Shown: positions 21,351-32,199, numbered from the stretch's first letter. The stretch is DNA of 64,000 nt from Porphyromonadaceae bacterium UBA7180 (GCA_002491165.1 DKVK01000060.1:33808-97807); one strand, 5' to 3'. The notes: generated from the sequence alone by a model not told the origin. A program made the numbers and translations.

Positions 21351-21893
21351 ATGAACCTTTGGGGCACGATATTGAAATGGATCGGCTGGCAGACCGACAT
21401 CACGGCACCGCGTCGCGATAAGTGCGTGATCTGCGTGGCTCCGCATACCTCCAACCGGGATTTTATCCTGGGGCTATGCGCCTACCGTTCGCTCGGACGC
21501 GAAGCCAACTTCCTGATGAAGGAGTTCTGGTTCTTCTTCCCGTTGAAGTATCTGCTCCGTGCTTTGGGAGGGATTCCGGTGCCGCGTAAACGCGGTTCGG
21601 CATTGACCGACTCCATCATCCGGATGTTCCGCGAGCGGCCATACGTCAACCTCGCAGTAACGCCCGAAGGCACCCGTTCGCGCACGGAGCGTTGGCGCAC
21701 CGGCTTCCTGCATATAGCCTACGGCGCCGACGTGCCCCTGCAACTCGGCGTGATTGACTACCACACCAAGACCATCTCCATAACCACGGAATACCCGCTG
21801 AGCGGCGACATAGAGAAAGACATGGCCGGGATAAAAGACTTCTATTCGCGCCACGCCGACGCCGCCCGATACCCCGACAAATTCGCTTTTTGA
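21351..21893 (+). CDS. 1-acyl-sn-glycerol-3-phosphate acyltransferase family protein
   Basis: PHTSNRD (HxxxxD), PEGTRS motifs. Confidence 0.88.
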   Translation: MNLWGTILKWIGWQTDITAPRRDKCVICVAPHTSNRDFILGLCAYRSLGREANFLMKEFWFFFPLKYLLRALGGIPVPRKRGSALTDSIIRMFRERPYVNLAVTPEGTRSRTERWRTGFLHIAYGADVPLQLGVIDYHTKTISITTEYPLSGDIEKDMAGIKDFYSRHADAARYPDKFAF

Positions 21894-21933
21894 GTCTTCC
21901 CTCCCTTTTGACCACGCTGCCATAATTACTAAA

Positions 21934-22731
21934 ATGACGACTGACCTGAAAATAGCCCTGCTGCCGATGCAGATAGAATGGGGCGACAAAGAGAAAAATT
22001 TCGAAACCCTGGAGCGCGAGATGCAGAAGTTGCATCCCCTCACCGACCTTGTGGTGCTTCCCGAGATGTTTTCCACCGGTTTCCAGACAGGCGACAAGGA
22101 GAGCATCCGCCCGCTGGCCGAACGCAACACCGGCAATACCATTGACCGTCTGAAAAATTTGGCCTCGCGCTACAACATGGGCATAGCCGGAACGTTCATC
22201 GCCGACTCCGGCGGCTCGCTCTACAACCGCGCCTTCCTCATAGAGCCGGGCGGCGACGAAACTTTCGCCGACAAGCGACACCTCTTCACCTTCGCCGGCG
22301 AACAGAAATCCTTTTCCCACGGCTACCACCGCCTGGCGGTGCGCTTCCGCGGCTGGAACATCGCCATGGTGGTGTGCTACGACATACGCTTCCCGGTATG
22401 GTGCCGCAACGTTGATCTGGAATATGACGTGCTTCTCGCCGTTGCCAACTGGCCGGTGGCGCGCATAGATGCCTGGAACAAACTGCTCCCGGCTCGTGCC
22501 ATCGAGAACCTGGCCTATGTCTGCGGCGTGGACTGCAAGGGAACGGACGACCATGGCTTCGAGTATGACGGTTCGTCTCACATCTACGATTTCAAAGGTA
22601 AAGAGATCGGCACGGCGCTCCCGGGCCCGGACGCCGTCTATGCCACCCTCTCGAAGGATAAACTGGACCGTTTCCGCGCCAAATTCGGCGCCTGGCAGGA
22701 TGCCGATAAATTCAAACTGCTCGACGAATGA
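21934..22731 (+). CDS. nitrilase-family amidohydrolase (omega-amidase YafV-like)
   Basis: LPEMFSTGF, DKRHLF, VCYDIRFPVW catalytic triad motifs. Confidence 0.9.
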   Translation: MTTDLKIALLPMQIEWGDKEKNFETLEREMQKLHPLTDLVVLPEMFSTGFQTGDKESIRPLAERNTGNTIDRLKNLASRYNMGIAGTFIADSGGSLYNRAFLIEPGGDETFADKRHLFTFAGEQKSFSHGYHRLAVRFRGWNIAMVVCYDIRFPVWCRNVDLEYDVLLAVANWPVARIDAWNKLLPARAIENLAYVCGVDCKGTDDHGFEYDGSSHIYDFKGKEIGTALPGPDAVYATLSKDKLDRFRAKFGAWQDADKFKLLDE

Positions 22732-23627
22732 ACAAAAGCAAACTCTGGATTCTCGTAAAGAACGAGTACCAAACCGATATTCGCAATAAATCTTTCTGGC
22801 TCGGCACACTGCTGATGCCGGTGATAATGTTCGTCTTCGGCGGCCTGATAGGCTACCTCGCCAAAGACTCCGACACATTACAGACCACCAGTAACCCGCT
22901 GATGCCCGACGACCTCAACGGCTGGCAGGTGGCCGGCATGATGGTAGGCATCTTCCTGACGATGTTCATCATGATTTACGGCGCACAGATTTTCAACAAG
23001 GTGAAGAACGAGAAGTGCAACCGCCTGATGGAAGTGCTGGCCACTTGCGTCACCGGGCGCACCATGATGCTCGCCAAGATACTTAGCGTAGGCCTCCTGG
23101 GCATGACGCAGATGCTCATCTGGGCGCTGCTGCTCGGTGCCGGTGTGTGTGTGCTCATGGTTGTAGCCGGCATTTCGCTCCCGGCGGATATTCTCCTCGA
23201 CGCGCACCTTTATCTCTCATTTGTCTTCGGAATGCTTTTCTTCCTCGGGGGATATGTGTTTTACGGCTCGATGTTCGCCGCCGTGGGTGCCATGACCGAC
23301 AAGAACCAGGAGAACCAGGAATATATGACCATCCTGACATTCGTGTTGCTGGCATCGTTCTACATCGGGCAGTTTACCGTCGACAATTCCGGCTCGGCCG
23401 TGTCTTTCTGGTGCAGCCTGATACCGTTCACGTCCCCCACGGTAGCGCCGATACAGGCCATCGGGGGCGGCGCACCGTGGTGGCAGACGCTGCTCGACCT
23501 TGCGGTGCTCTACGTCTGCGCCGGCCTGACGCTCGCCTTCTCCGGCAAGCTCTACACCTCCACGCTGTTGCTCAAAGGGAAACGCCTCTCGCCGCGCGAC
23601 ATGCTCACCTTCCTCAAAAGCAAATAG
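22728..23627 (+). CDS. ABC-2 type permease (NatB-like), unusually short
   Basis: KSFWLGTLLMP TM1, EKCNRLMEVL...KIL motif, 6 predicted TMs, IPFTSP. Confidence 0.8.
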   Translation: MNKSKLWILVKNEYQTDIRNKSFWLGTLLMPVIMFVFGGLIGYLAKDSDTLQTTSNPLMPDDLNGWQVAGMMVGIFLTMFIMIYGAQIFNKVKNEKCNRLMEVLATCVTGRTMMLAKILSVGLLGMTQMLIWALLLGAGVCVLMVVAGISLPADILLDAHLYLSFVFGMLFFLGGYVFYGSMFAAVGAMTDKNQENQEYMTILTFVLLASFYIGQFTVDNSGSAVSFWCSLIPFTSPTVAPIQAIGGGAPWWQTLLDLAVLYVCAGLTLAFSGKLYTSTLLLKGKRLSPRDMLTFLKSK

Positions 23628-24213
23628 CCTCTATGGGTATTGCGGGTACAGCCCCGGGAGGCAGCATGGCGTTTATCATCAGCACAGAATGAATATGATA
23701 TGCTCCTGAAAGTAATTCTTCGCCGGTGACGGACAGAGTTTCGGCCTCTCCTCTTTCTATAAGGCTCTGTCGCATAGTGCCACAAAGCAAGGGGACCGCT
23801 GGGGTGAAGACTCCATTATCCGAGAGGAACAATAAATTTGAATAACTTGTGTCGGTCACTATTCCGTCACGCAGAATCACGATCTCATCGCAGTCACCGC
23901 GTAGCGCCCGGAGCGCATCGAGGCGACTGCGATCGGCATATTTAAGATGATAGTCCATGTCGCCCCCTTCCACAAGCCTAAGAGTCTTAACCTCCCGCGG
24001 CCGGTAACTGTCAAACTCAAGACTTCCTATTTCCTTTCCGTAAAAAATACGGCATTTCACCACCCCGGAACTATACGGGGCTGGGACAGGGGGTAATTCT
24101 ACCAAAGGGGATGCACAGCCATAAAGTTCACGGACAGACCGCTCCATGCGCTGCAAGTGCATGGGGGCATTGCAATAACGGCCATCTGTTACCCTGATAG
24201 TTTCAATCAGCAT
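23614..24213 (-). CDS. pabC: 4-amino-4-deoxychorismate lyase (aminotransferase class IV)
   Basis: IETIR, HLQRM, LKYADR, TDTSYSN, LLCGTMR; adjacent to pabB. Confidence 0.78.
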   Translation of the reverse strand: MLIETIRVTDGRYCNAPMHLQRMERSVRELYGCASPLVELPPVPAPYSSGVVKCRIFYGKEIGSLEFDSYRPREVKTLRLVEGGDMDYHLKYADRSRLDALRALRGDCDEIVILRDGIVTDTSYSNLLFLSDNGVFTPAVPLLCGTMRQSLIERGEAETLSVTGEELLSGAYHIHSVLMINAMLPPGAVPAIPIEAICF

Positions 24214-25199
24214 GGCAGATAAATTTTTCCTATGAGTTCTTCATATTCACTTTTACAGTCACTGTTTATAGTGATTCCCCCGCCTGAATGAAAGCGCAAC
24301 TTACCGTCGGCACCGCGTTGAAGACAGCGTATCATGACTGCGCTTTTAAGGTTTTCGCCGTCGAAGTATCCGGCCACTCCGGTATACCACCCTCTCCCGC
24401 ACCTCTCCGCACGTCCTATCAGATCCACAGTTGACTGTTTGGGTGCCCCGCAGATGGAACCAGCCGGCAGCATCGACATTATGATACTTCCCATTCCAGC
24501 ACTCCATTCCGGCTCAAGATTACCCGTTATCTCGGAACTTGTCTGCAACAACGTTCCCTTTAGAGTGTGGACGACTTCGGCATAGCGATAACGCTTCACA
24601 GTGACGCCGGTCGCTACCATAGCAAGGTCATTGCGCAAGAGGTCCACTACGGTTGCGTGCTCACACTGTTCCTTATAGTCGTCCATAAGTTGTCGCAAAG
24701 CCATACGGCTACACCCCTCTGCTGTCCCCTTCATAGGATAAGTGGATATTTTGCATCCGTTGATAGTTACAAAGGGTTCCGGGGAAAAACAGACAAACTC
24801 ATCTCCTATTTTAAACTTGAAGCGGGCCGGCGAGTCATGGAAAATATCTTCAAGCGATACATTTACCGTAACCTCCGAGGAGGCTGTAAGATTTGCAAGA
24901 AAGCTGTCACCGCGCCGCAAACCGGCGCTCACCACTGCAAACGCCTCGGAATACTCTTCAAACCCAGGTGCCCTGAGAATCTCCATCGTGCTTCTGCCGT
25001 GTGTAGGCCCATTCCCTCTCATGCTGTTTCCGATTCCCTCCATCTCCCACAGGATTTCAGATGTATCATCCGGATTTCCAAGAAAGAACCCGCGCTTCAA
25101 CCCATAGTCAAAGCCCCATACACATGGCCGTTTTTCATTTCCAAAACGGTTCATAAGCCGACACACTTCCTCGGCTTTCATGATAATTTCATTTTTCAC
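24207..25199 (-). CDS. pabB: aminodeoxychorismate synthase component I
   Basis: FSPEPF, YPMKGT, EHATVVDLLRNDL, PAGSICGAPK, SAVMIR, SGGGIT; GTG 25199 or ATG 25181 start. Confidence 0.88.
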   Translation of the reverse strand: MKNEIIMKAEEVCRLMNRFGNEKRPCVWGFDYGLKRGFFLGNPDDTSEILWEMEGIGNSMRGNGPTHGRSTMEILRAPGFEEYSEAFAVVSAGLRRGDSFLANLTASSEVTVNVSLEDIFHDSPARFKFKIGDEFVCFSPEPFVTINGCKISTYPMKGTAEGCSRMALRQLMDDYKEQCEHATVVDLLRNDLAMVATGVTVKRYRYAEVVHTLKGTLLQTSSEITGNLEPEWSAGMGSIIMSMLPAGSICGAPKQSTVDLIGRAERCGRGWYTGVAGYFDGENLKSAVMIRCLQRGADGKLRFHSGGGITINSDCKSEYEELIGKIYLPC

Positions 25200-25203
25200 G
25201 ATG

Positions 25204-25240
25204 CAAAATTACTGCCTTAAAATGATTATTACTATATTTG
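25204..25240. promoter_or_regulatory. back-to-back divergent -7 elements
   Basis: minus TAATTTTG (25211-25204) and plus TATATTTG (25233-25240), each 4 nt from a start codon. Confidence 0.6.
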
Positions 25241-25244
25241 CAAC

Positions 25245-25856
25245 ATGGAAATTTTGATTCTTGACAATAGAGACTCTTTTGTTCATAATATTTCAACACT
25301 TCTGGAGATTCTTCCGTACGCGGAAGCGCACATTGTGAAAGGAGACGACATTAACGAAAAAATTCTCAGCGAATACGATGCCATGATTTTGTCGCCGGGT
25401 CCCGGAATACCCTCGGAGCATCGTGGACTGTTGCGGGCTTTGGAATGGAGCAAACAGCACTCGCTGCCCACATTAGGCATCTGTCTGGGGATGCAGGCTC
25501 TTGCCGAGAGCTATGGTGCAAAATTGTACAGTTTGCCGCATCCGCTGCACGGCCATGCCTCCGCTTTGCGAATCATGGACTTTACAGACCCGCTTCTGAA
25601 GGGAATCGGTGATGGTAATATCGTAGGGCGCTATCATTCGTGGGCTGTGGATGCTGCTTCTTTGCCTTCTTGTATAACAGTTTCTGCTTTCGATGCAGAT
25701 AATCTACCTATGGTTATACGCCATACTGAACTTCCGTTGTATGGTGTGCAGTTTCACCCTGAAAGTATAATTACGGAAAATGGAGACATCATGCTGTCGA
25801 ACTTTCTGAACCGGACGTTAGAAAGCGGGCCAGAGAGGAGATGGACTCCAGTCTGA
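25245..25856 (+). CDS. pabA: aminodeoxychorismate/anthranilate synthase component II (glutamine amidotransferase)
   Basis: DNRDSF, SPGPG, GICLGMQ, RYHSW, QFHPESI; pabA rather than trpG inferred from context. Confidence 0.82.
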   Translation: MEILILDNRDSFVHNISTLLEILPYAEAHIVKGDDINEKILSEYDAMILSPGPGIPSEHRGLLRALEWSKQHSLPTLGICLGMQALAESYGAKLYSLPHPLHGHASALRIMDFTDPLLKGIGDGNIVGRYHSWAVDAASLPSCITVSAFDADNLPMVIRHTELPLYGVQFHPESIITENGDIMLSNFLNRTLESGPERRWTPV

Positions 25857-25893
25857 TCCGCTATTAAGAAATATAGTCGAAGGATTCGGTTGC

Positions 25894-26904
25894 TTACACG
25901 ACAGGCGCACCGGCCGCGAGATTGGCGGCGGGAGTTTCTGCACGGTATTTTGCCTCCCAGCCGAGGGCCGAGGCACCGAGCACTGCGGCATCGCTCTCTT
26001 TCAGTTCAGAGAGAAGAATCTTGGTCTTGCCGCGGAATACAGGCATCACATTGGCATCGAGGGAAGCCTGGAGGGGTTTGAGCAGCAGGTCGCCGCTCTT
26101 GGCCAGACCACCGAAGAGGACAATGGCTTGCGGCGAGGAGAAGGCTATCATGTCTGCAAACGCTTCGCCCATGATGTTGCCGGTATAGTCGAAAATATCC
26201 TTGGCGAGCTTGTCGCCGGCCACGGCTGCATCGTAGACATCCTTGGATGTAATGTTCTCTATGTCGAGGTTGCGGAGCATGGAGGGTTCTGTCCGCACTT
26301 CGAGGAATTCGCGAGCCGAACGTGCCACGCCTGTAGCGGAACAGTAGCACTCGAGACAGCCTGTGCGGCCGCAACCGCATACGCGCCCGTTGTTGCGCTT
26401 CATGATGACATGACCCAGCTCGCCGGCAAAACCGTCATGGCCGTAGACGAGCTGTCCGTTGACCACGATGCCGGAGCCCACGCCGGTTCCGAGCGTTATC
26501 ATGATGAAGTCCTTCATACCGCGAGCTGCGCCGTAGGTCATTTCGCCCAGGGCGGCGGCGTTGGCGTCGTTGGTGATGGCCACCGGTACTCCGGGAAAGG
26601 CCTTGCTCACCATCTCGGCCATCGGTACGGTTCCCCACGGAAGGTTCGGCGGACTCTGTATTTCGCCGGTATAGTAATTGGCGTTCGGGGCACCTATCCC
26701 TATGCCCTGGATCTTATCTTCGGCATCGTTAGCCTTCAGCAGACGGGAAATCTCGCTGTGGAGATCTTCAATATAATCCTCGAATCTGGAGTGTTTCAAC
26801 GTTTTGATGCTGTCGCTGGCCACTACCTGGCCGCGTGCGTCGACTATTCCGAAGACGGTGTTCGTGCCTCCTATGTCGACTCCTAATACATACGGTTTGC
26901 TCAT
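25894..26904 (-). CDS. ROK family sugar kinase (glucokinase)
   Basis: GVDIGGT, NDANAAALGE, LGTGVGSG, GELGH, CGCGRTGCLE. Confidence 0.92.
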   Translation of the reverse strand: MSKPYVLGVDIGGTNTVFGIVDARGQVVASDSIKTLKHSRFEDYIEDLHSEISRLLKANDAEDKIQGIGIGAPNANYYTGEIQSPPNLPWGTVPMAEMVSKAFPGVPVAITNDANAAALGEMTYGAARGMKDFIMITLGTGVGSGIVVNGQLVYGHDGFAGELGHVIMKRNNGRVCGCGRTGCLECYCSATGVARSAREFLEVRTEPSMLRNLDIENITSKDVYDAAVAGDKLAKDIFDYTGNIMGEAFADMIAFSSPQAIVLFGGLAKSGDLLLKPLQASLDANVMPVFRGKTKILLSELKESDAAVLGASALGWEAKYRAETPAANLAAGAPVV

Positions 26905-27098
26905 TTGCTATTTCTGTTATTTTGCTGTCAACTGTGTCACGGTTTTGACAATGTAGTTGCCGCTGAATGTTTCATCCGCAAATTTACAACTTATTTTTCT
27001 AACTTAATGATATTTCGTGAAAAATCTTCGGCAGACAAATGTTAATTTACCTAAATTTGCCGGACAGCATCCGAAAACATACGCCGTTTCTCAACCTT

Positions 27099-27115
27099 CA
27101 GGCATATATTTTGTT
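27099..27115 (+). promoter_or_regulatory. sigma54-like -24/-12 element upstream of clpB
   Basis: CAGGCATATATTTTGTT = GG-N10-GT variant. Confidence 0.4.
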
Positions 27116-27191
27116 AAATTAAGTAGATGATTAACACATAGAGAATGAAAAACCTTCCCTATAACTATAGACAAACAAATAACTGAAAGAT

Positions 27192-29783
27192 ATGAATTTC
27201 AACAACTTCACAATCAAGTCGCAAGAGGTTATACAGAAAGCCATCGAGCTGACCCGCGCCGCAGGCCAGCAGCAGATAGAGCCTTCGCATATCCTCAAGG
27301 CCCTGATTGACGAGAGCGAGACCATCGTCAACTTCATTTTCCAGAAGTTGGGCGCCAATCTCCAGTCCGTCAAAGGGGCGATAGACGATGACATCAAGTC
27401 GCTGCCTAAGGTTCAGGGTGGCGACGTCTTCCTTTCACGCGAGTCAAACGACGCCATGCAGAAAGCCGTCGACTTCTCCAAGAAGCAAGGCGACGAATAT
27501 GTATCGGTAGAGGCCATGCTCATGGGTATCCTGCGTACCCGCTGCAAGGCTTCGCAAGCACTCAAGGATGCCGGAATCACCGAGAAAGGGCTGGAACAGG
27601 CCATCGCCGAGCTGCGCAAGGGCAACAAGGTGACCGGCCAGAGCGCCGAAGAATCATACCAGGCACTCTCAAAATATGCCATCAACCTCAACGACCGCGC
27701 GCGTAGCGGCAAACTTGACCCGGTCATCGGCCGCGACGAGGAGATACGCCGCGTGCTACAGATTCTTTCGCGACGCACCAAGAACAATCCCATGCTCGTG
27801 GGCGAACCCGGCACCGGCAAGACCGCCATCGCCGAAGGCCTGGCACACCGCATAGTGCGAGGCGACGTACCCGAAAACCTGAAATCGAAACAGATCTATT
27901 CCCTCGACATGGGAGCCCTCGTGGCCGGCGCCAAGTATAAAGGCGAGTTCGAGGAACGCCTCAAAGCCATCGTCAACGAAGTGACACAGAGCGACGGCGA
28001 GATAATCCTTTTCATCGATGAAATCCACACCCTCGTTGGTGCCGGCAAAGGTGAAGGCGCCATGGATGCCGCCAATATCCTGAAACCCGCCCTTGCCCGC
28101 GGCGAACTCCGCTCCATAGGCGCCACGACGCTCGACGAGTACCAGAAATACTTCGAGAAAGACAAGGCGCTGGAACGCCGTTTCCAGAAAGTGATGGTCG
28201 ACGAGCCTGACGAAATATCCGCCATCTCAATCCTCCGCGGCCTTAAGGAACGCTACGAGAACCACCACAAGGTGCGCATCAAAGACGAGGCCATCATCGC
28301 CGCCGTGCAGCTCTCGGTGCGCTATATCACCGACCGTTTCCTCCCCGACAAGGCCATCGACCTTATAGACGAGGCCGCCTCCAAACTGCGTCTCGAGATG
28401 GACTCCATGCCGCAGGCGCTCGACGAGGCAACACGCAAAATCAAACAGCTGGAAATTGAACGCGAAGCCCTGAAACGCGAGGGCAACGATTATAAACTCA
28501 AGGAGATAGACGAAGACCTCGCCAACCTGCGCGAAGAGGAGAAATCGCTCAAAGCCAAATGGCAGGCCGAGAAGACCGAAATTAACAAGATTCAGCAGAA
28601 CAAGATAGACATAGAGCAACTCAAGCTCGAGGCCGAACGCGCCGAACGCGAGGGCGACTATGCCAAGGTGGCCGAAATCCGCTATTCGCGCATCAAGCAG
28701 AAAGAGGACGAGAATGTCGAAATTCAGACCCGACTAAAAGAACTGCAGGGTGAAGGCGCAATGATAAAAGAGGAAGTGGATGCCGAAGACATAGCCGAAA
28801 TCGTGAGCCGTTGGACCGGAATCCCCGTCAAGAAGATGGCCCAGAGCGAAAAGGAGAAACTGCTGCATCTCGAAGAGGAACTGCACCGCCGCGTGATAGG
28901 CCAGGACGATGCCATCCGTGCTGTCTCCGACGCCGTGCGCCGCTCGCGTGCCGGCCTCAATGACCCGCGCCGCCCCATCGGCTCGTTCATCTTCCTCGGC
29001 ACAACCGGTGTAGGTAAGACCGAGCTTGCCAAGGCCCTGGCCGAATATCTCTTCGACGACGAAGACATGATGACACGTATCGACATGTCGGAATACATGG
29101 AAAAACACTCCGTCTCGCGTCTCGTAGGAGCGCCTCCGGGATACGTAGGCTACGAAGAGGGGGGCCAGCTCACCGAGGCAGTGCGCCGCAAACCTTACAG
29201 CGTGGTCCTCTTCGACGAGATTGAAAAAGCCAATCCCGACGTCTTCAACATCCTGCTTCAGGTGCTTGACGACGGACGTCTGACCGACAACAAGGGCCGC
29301 TTCATCAATTTCAAGAACACCATCATTATCATGACCTCCAACATGGGTTCGCCGCTCATCCGCGAGAACTTCTCCAAGATGACGGACAAGAACCGACAGG
29401 AGACCATAGAACGCACCAAACAGGATGTGCTCGACCTGCTGAAACAGACCATCCGTCCCGAGTTCCTGAACCGTATCGACGAGATAGTGATGTTCACCCC
29501 GCTCAACAAGAAGGAGATTCAGGAAATCGTAGACCTCCAGGTGCGCGGCGTGCAGAAGATGCTTGCCCACAACGGCGTGAAACTCACCATCACCCCAGCT
29601 GCCCTCGAACTGCTGGCCGAAGACGGCTACGACCCCGAATTCGGTGCCCGTCCCGTGAAGCGTACCATCCAGCGTATGGTGCTCAACCAGCTCTCAAAGG
29701 ACATCCTTGCACAGAACGTGGACCGCGAACACCCCATCGTCATAGACCGCAAGGGCGACGACCTCGTCTTCAAGAACGACTGA
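27192..29783 (+). CDS. clpB: ATP-dependent chaperone ClpB
   Basis: two AAA+ modules ([16 protein letters not shown]), long coiled-coil M domain, GAPPGYVGY. Confidence 0.96.
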   Translation: MNFNNFTIKSQEVIQKAIELTRAAGQQQIEPSHILKALIDESETIVNFIFQKLGANLQSVKGAIDDDIKSLPKVQGGDVFLSRESNDAMQKAVDFSKKQGDEYVSVEAMLMGILRTRCKASQALKDAGITEKGLEQAIAELRKGNKVTGQSAEESYQALSKYAINLNDRARSGKLDPVIGRDEEIRRVLQILSRRTKNNPMLVGEPGTGKTAIAEGLAHRIVRGDVPENLKSKQIYSLDMGALVAGAKYKGEFEERLKAIVNEVTQSDGEIILFIDEIHTLVGAGKGEGAMDAANILKPALARGELRSIGATTLDEYQKYFEKDKALERRFQKVMVDEPDEISAISILRGLKERYENHHKVRIKDEAIIAAVQLSVRYITDRFLPDKAIDLIDEAASKLRLEMDSMPQALDEATRKIKQLEIEREALKREGNDYKLKEIDEDLANLREEEKSLKAKWQAEKTEINKIQQNKIDIEQLKLEAERAEREGDYAKVAEIRYSRIKQKEDENVEIQTRLKELQGEGAMIKEEVDAEDIAEIVSRWTGIPVKKMAQSEKEKLLHLEEELHRRVIGQDDAIRAVSDAVRRSRAGLNDPRRPIGSFIFLGTTGVGKTELAKALAEYLFDDEDMMTRIDMSEYMEKHSVSRLVGAPPGYVGYEEGGQLTEAVRRKPYSVVLFDEIEKANPDVFNILLQVLDDGRLTDNKGRFINFKNTIIIMTSNMGSPLIRENFSKMTDKNRQETIERTKQDVLDLLKQTIRPEFLNRIDEIVMFTPLNKKEIQEIVDLQVRGVQKMLAHNGVKLTITPAALELLAEDGYDPEFGARPVKRTIQRMVLNQLSKDILAQNVDREHPIVIDRKGDDLVFKND

Positions 29784-29804
29784 TGTGACAAACACTACAT
29801 ATAG

Positions 29805-29843
29805 CAAGCACCCCGCAGCCCGGCCGCGGGGTGCTTGTTTTTT
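29805..29843 (+). terminator. rho-independent terminator
   Basis: CAAGCACCCCGC/GCGGGGTGCTTG plus T6. Confidence 0.9.
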
Positions 29844-29893
29844 ATCCGGACGCTCACGTTTTGCGACGATGTTCACAATTAGTTTTCGGAAAA

Positions 29894-29925
29894 TTTGCAG
29901 ATTCGCGGTTTTTAACCTACATTTG
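29894..29925 (+). promoter_or_regulatory. housekeeping promoter
   Basis: TTTG-N20-TACATTTG. Confidence 0.75.
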
Positions 29926-29985
29926 CACCCATAACACGCGGCCTTACCGCGTTTAGCCCTTAAATCTATTAACTTTAAATATTTT

Positions 29986-32172
29986 ATGAATAAAACAAAC
30001 ATCTCTATGTGTGCCCTGATGCTTCCCCTGGCCCTGACCGCCTGCAAAAGCGGCGAAAGCGCCGACGGTAAAGTAATCGAGGCTCCTACCATCGAGTCAC
30101 TGAAAATCGAAAACGGAATGGTGACTCCCGAGGTACTGGCCGCCTTCGGCCGCGTGGCTGAAGCCACCCCCTCGCCCGACGGCAAGCAGATAGCTTTCAC
30201 CATCTCCTACGAAAGCATCGAAGAGAATGCCTCCAATGCCGAAATCTACACCATGAACGCCGACGGTTCAGAGCTCAAACGCCGCACCACCTCGGCAAAG
30301 TCAGAATCGAACCTCCAGTGGCTCGACAACGAAAAACTCGCTTTCCTCGGCTACGACAAAGACACCGAGAAGAACCAGATCTTCGTGATGAACGCCGACG
30401 GTTCAGGACGACAGCGCGTTTCCTCGATTGAAAAAGGTGTGGAATGTTTCGTAATCTCCCCCGACGGCAAAAAGGTGATACTCGGCTCCCCCATCCTCAA
30501 AGAGGACAAGGACTCCACCCTCTATGCCGGACTGCCCGAGACTTCGGGCCGCGTCATCAACGACCTCATGTACAAGCACTGGGACGAGTGGGTCACCGAA
30601 ATACCCCACCCCTTCCTGGCCGACTTCAACGGCACCGAACTTGCCAACGTAAAGGACATCATGGAGGGTGAGCCCTTCGAATGCCCGATGCGCCCCTTCG
30701 GAGCCACCGATGCCTTCGCATGGAGTCCCGACTCGCAGAAGCTTATCTACGTGTCGCGTAAATTCGCCGGCAAAGACTATGCCTTCTCCACCGACTCGGA
30801 CCTCTACCTCTATGACATAGCAAGCGGCAAGACCACCTGCATCACCGAGGGCAACGACGGCTACGACACCGACCCCGCCTTCTCGCCCGACGGCTCCAAG
30901 ATAGCATGGCTCTCCATGAAGACCGCCAAGTTCGAGAGCGACAAGAAACGCCTCATGGTAGTCGATGCCAAGACGCCTGACATCGCATCGGCCCAAGACC
31001 TCACCGACGGCTGGGACCGCTGGCCGGAAGGCTTCACCTGGGCTCCCGACAGCAAGTCGATAGTCTTCAACGGCTATAGCGACGGCATCGAACCCGTCTT
31101 CCGCATAACTCTTGCCGATAAAAAAATCGACGAACTCACAAAAGGTTCCGGCAACTGGGACTACAGCGGCATTCACCAGCTCCCCGACGGCAACGTCATC
31201 GCCATGCGCAACTCCATGCAGCGTCCCAAGGAAATCTGCCTCATAGCCGGCGGTAAGGTGAAAGACATCACCGAAATCAACAAGGAACTCCTCTCCAAGC
31301 TGAAACTCGGCAAGGTGAACAAGGTAACGGTTCCCACCACCGACGGCAAGGAGATGACCGCCTGGGAAATCCTCCCGCCGGACTTCGACCCCAACAAGAA
31401 ATATCCCGTCCTGCTTTACTGCCAGGGCGGCCCGCAGCAAGCTGTCAGCCAGTTCTTCAGCTACCGTTGGAACTTCATGATCATGGCAGCCAACGGCTAC
31501 ATTGTCATCGCCCCGAACCGCCGCGGACTCCCCGGCTTCGGCGAGGAGTGGAACCGCCAGATTTCAGGCGACTACGGCGGCCAGAACATGCAGGACTACT
31601 TCGCTGCCGTTGACTACATGAAGGAGAAACCCTACGTTGACGGCTCCAAGGTAGGTGCCATAGGCGCAAGCTACGGCGGATTTTCCGTATACTGGCTGGC
31701 CGGCCACAACGAGGACAACCGCTTCGCCGCATTCGTGGCTCATGCAGGTATCTTCAACGTAGAGGCACAGTACCTCGAGACCGAAGAAATGTGGTTCGCC
31801 GACTTCGACCTCGGCGGCTCCCCCTGGGATAAATCCAACGAAATTGCACAGCGCACTTACAGCAACTCGCCGCACCGCTTCGTGGACAAATGGAACGCCC
31901 CGATACTCGTGACCGTAGGCGAACTCGACTACCGCATCCTCGCCTCGCAGGGCATGATGGCCTTCAACGCAGCCAAGATGCGTGGTCTGGAATGCGAGAT
32001 GCTCGTCTTCCCCGATGAAAACCACTGGGTGCTCAAACCGCAGAACGCCGTGCTCTGGCAGCGCACATTCTTCCAGTTCCTTGACAAGTACCTGAAGAAC
32101 GGCACGACGGCCAAAGCCGCCGCTCCCGCAGCCGACTCCGCAGCGAAACCCGCAGCCGACTCCGCTAAATAA
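29986..32172 (+). CDS. S9 peptidase, dipeptidyl-peptidase 5-like lipoprotein
   Basis: lipobox LTAC; PD40-like SPDG repeats; QGGPQ, GASYGG, DYR, PDENHW. Confidence 0.9.
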   Translation: MNKTNISMCALMLPLALTACKSGESADGKVIEAPTIESLKIENGMVTPEVLAAFGRVAEATPSPDGKQIAFTISYESIEENASNAEIYTMNADGSELKRRTTSAKSESNLQWLDNEKLAFLGYDKDTEKNQIFVMNADGSGRQRVSSIEKGVECFVISPDGKKVILGSPILKEDKDSTLYAGLPETSGRVINDLMYKHWDEWVTEIPHPFLADFNGTELANVKDIMEGEPFECPMRPFGATDAFAWSPDSQKLIYVSRKFAGKDYAFSTDSDLYLYDIASGKTTCITEGNDGYDTDPAFSPDGSKIAWLSMKTAKFESDKKRLMVVDAKTPDIASAQDLTDGWDRWPEGFTWAPDSKSIVFNGYSDGIEPVFRITLADKKIDELTKGSGNWDYSGIHQLPDGNVIAMRNSMQRPKEICLIAGGKVKDITEINKELLSKLKLGKVNKVTVPTTDGKEMTAWEILPPDFDPNKKYPVLLYCQGGPQQAVSQFFSYRWNFMIMAANGYIVIAPNRRGLPGFGEEWNRQISGDYGGQNMQDYFAAVDYMKEKPYVDGSKVGAIGASYGGFSVYWLAGHNEDNRFAAFVAHAGIFNVEAQYLETEEMWFADFDLGGSPWDKSNEIAQRTYSNSPHRFVDKWNAPILVTVGELDYRILASQGMMAFNAAKMRGLECEMLVFPDENHWVLKPQNAVLWQRTFFQFLDKYLKNGTTAKAAAPAADSAAKPAADSAK

Positions 32173-32199
32173 CCCCCGAAACAACACAATTCCCCCTAT

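Noticed and set aside
32125-32165. 24-bp duplication at the DPP5 3' end (similar one at the rarA 3' end, ~36081-36119)
   Set aside because: Ordinary low-complexity C-terminal tail slippage
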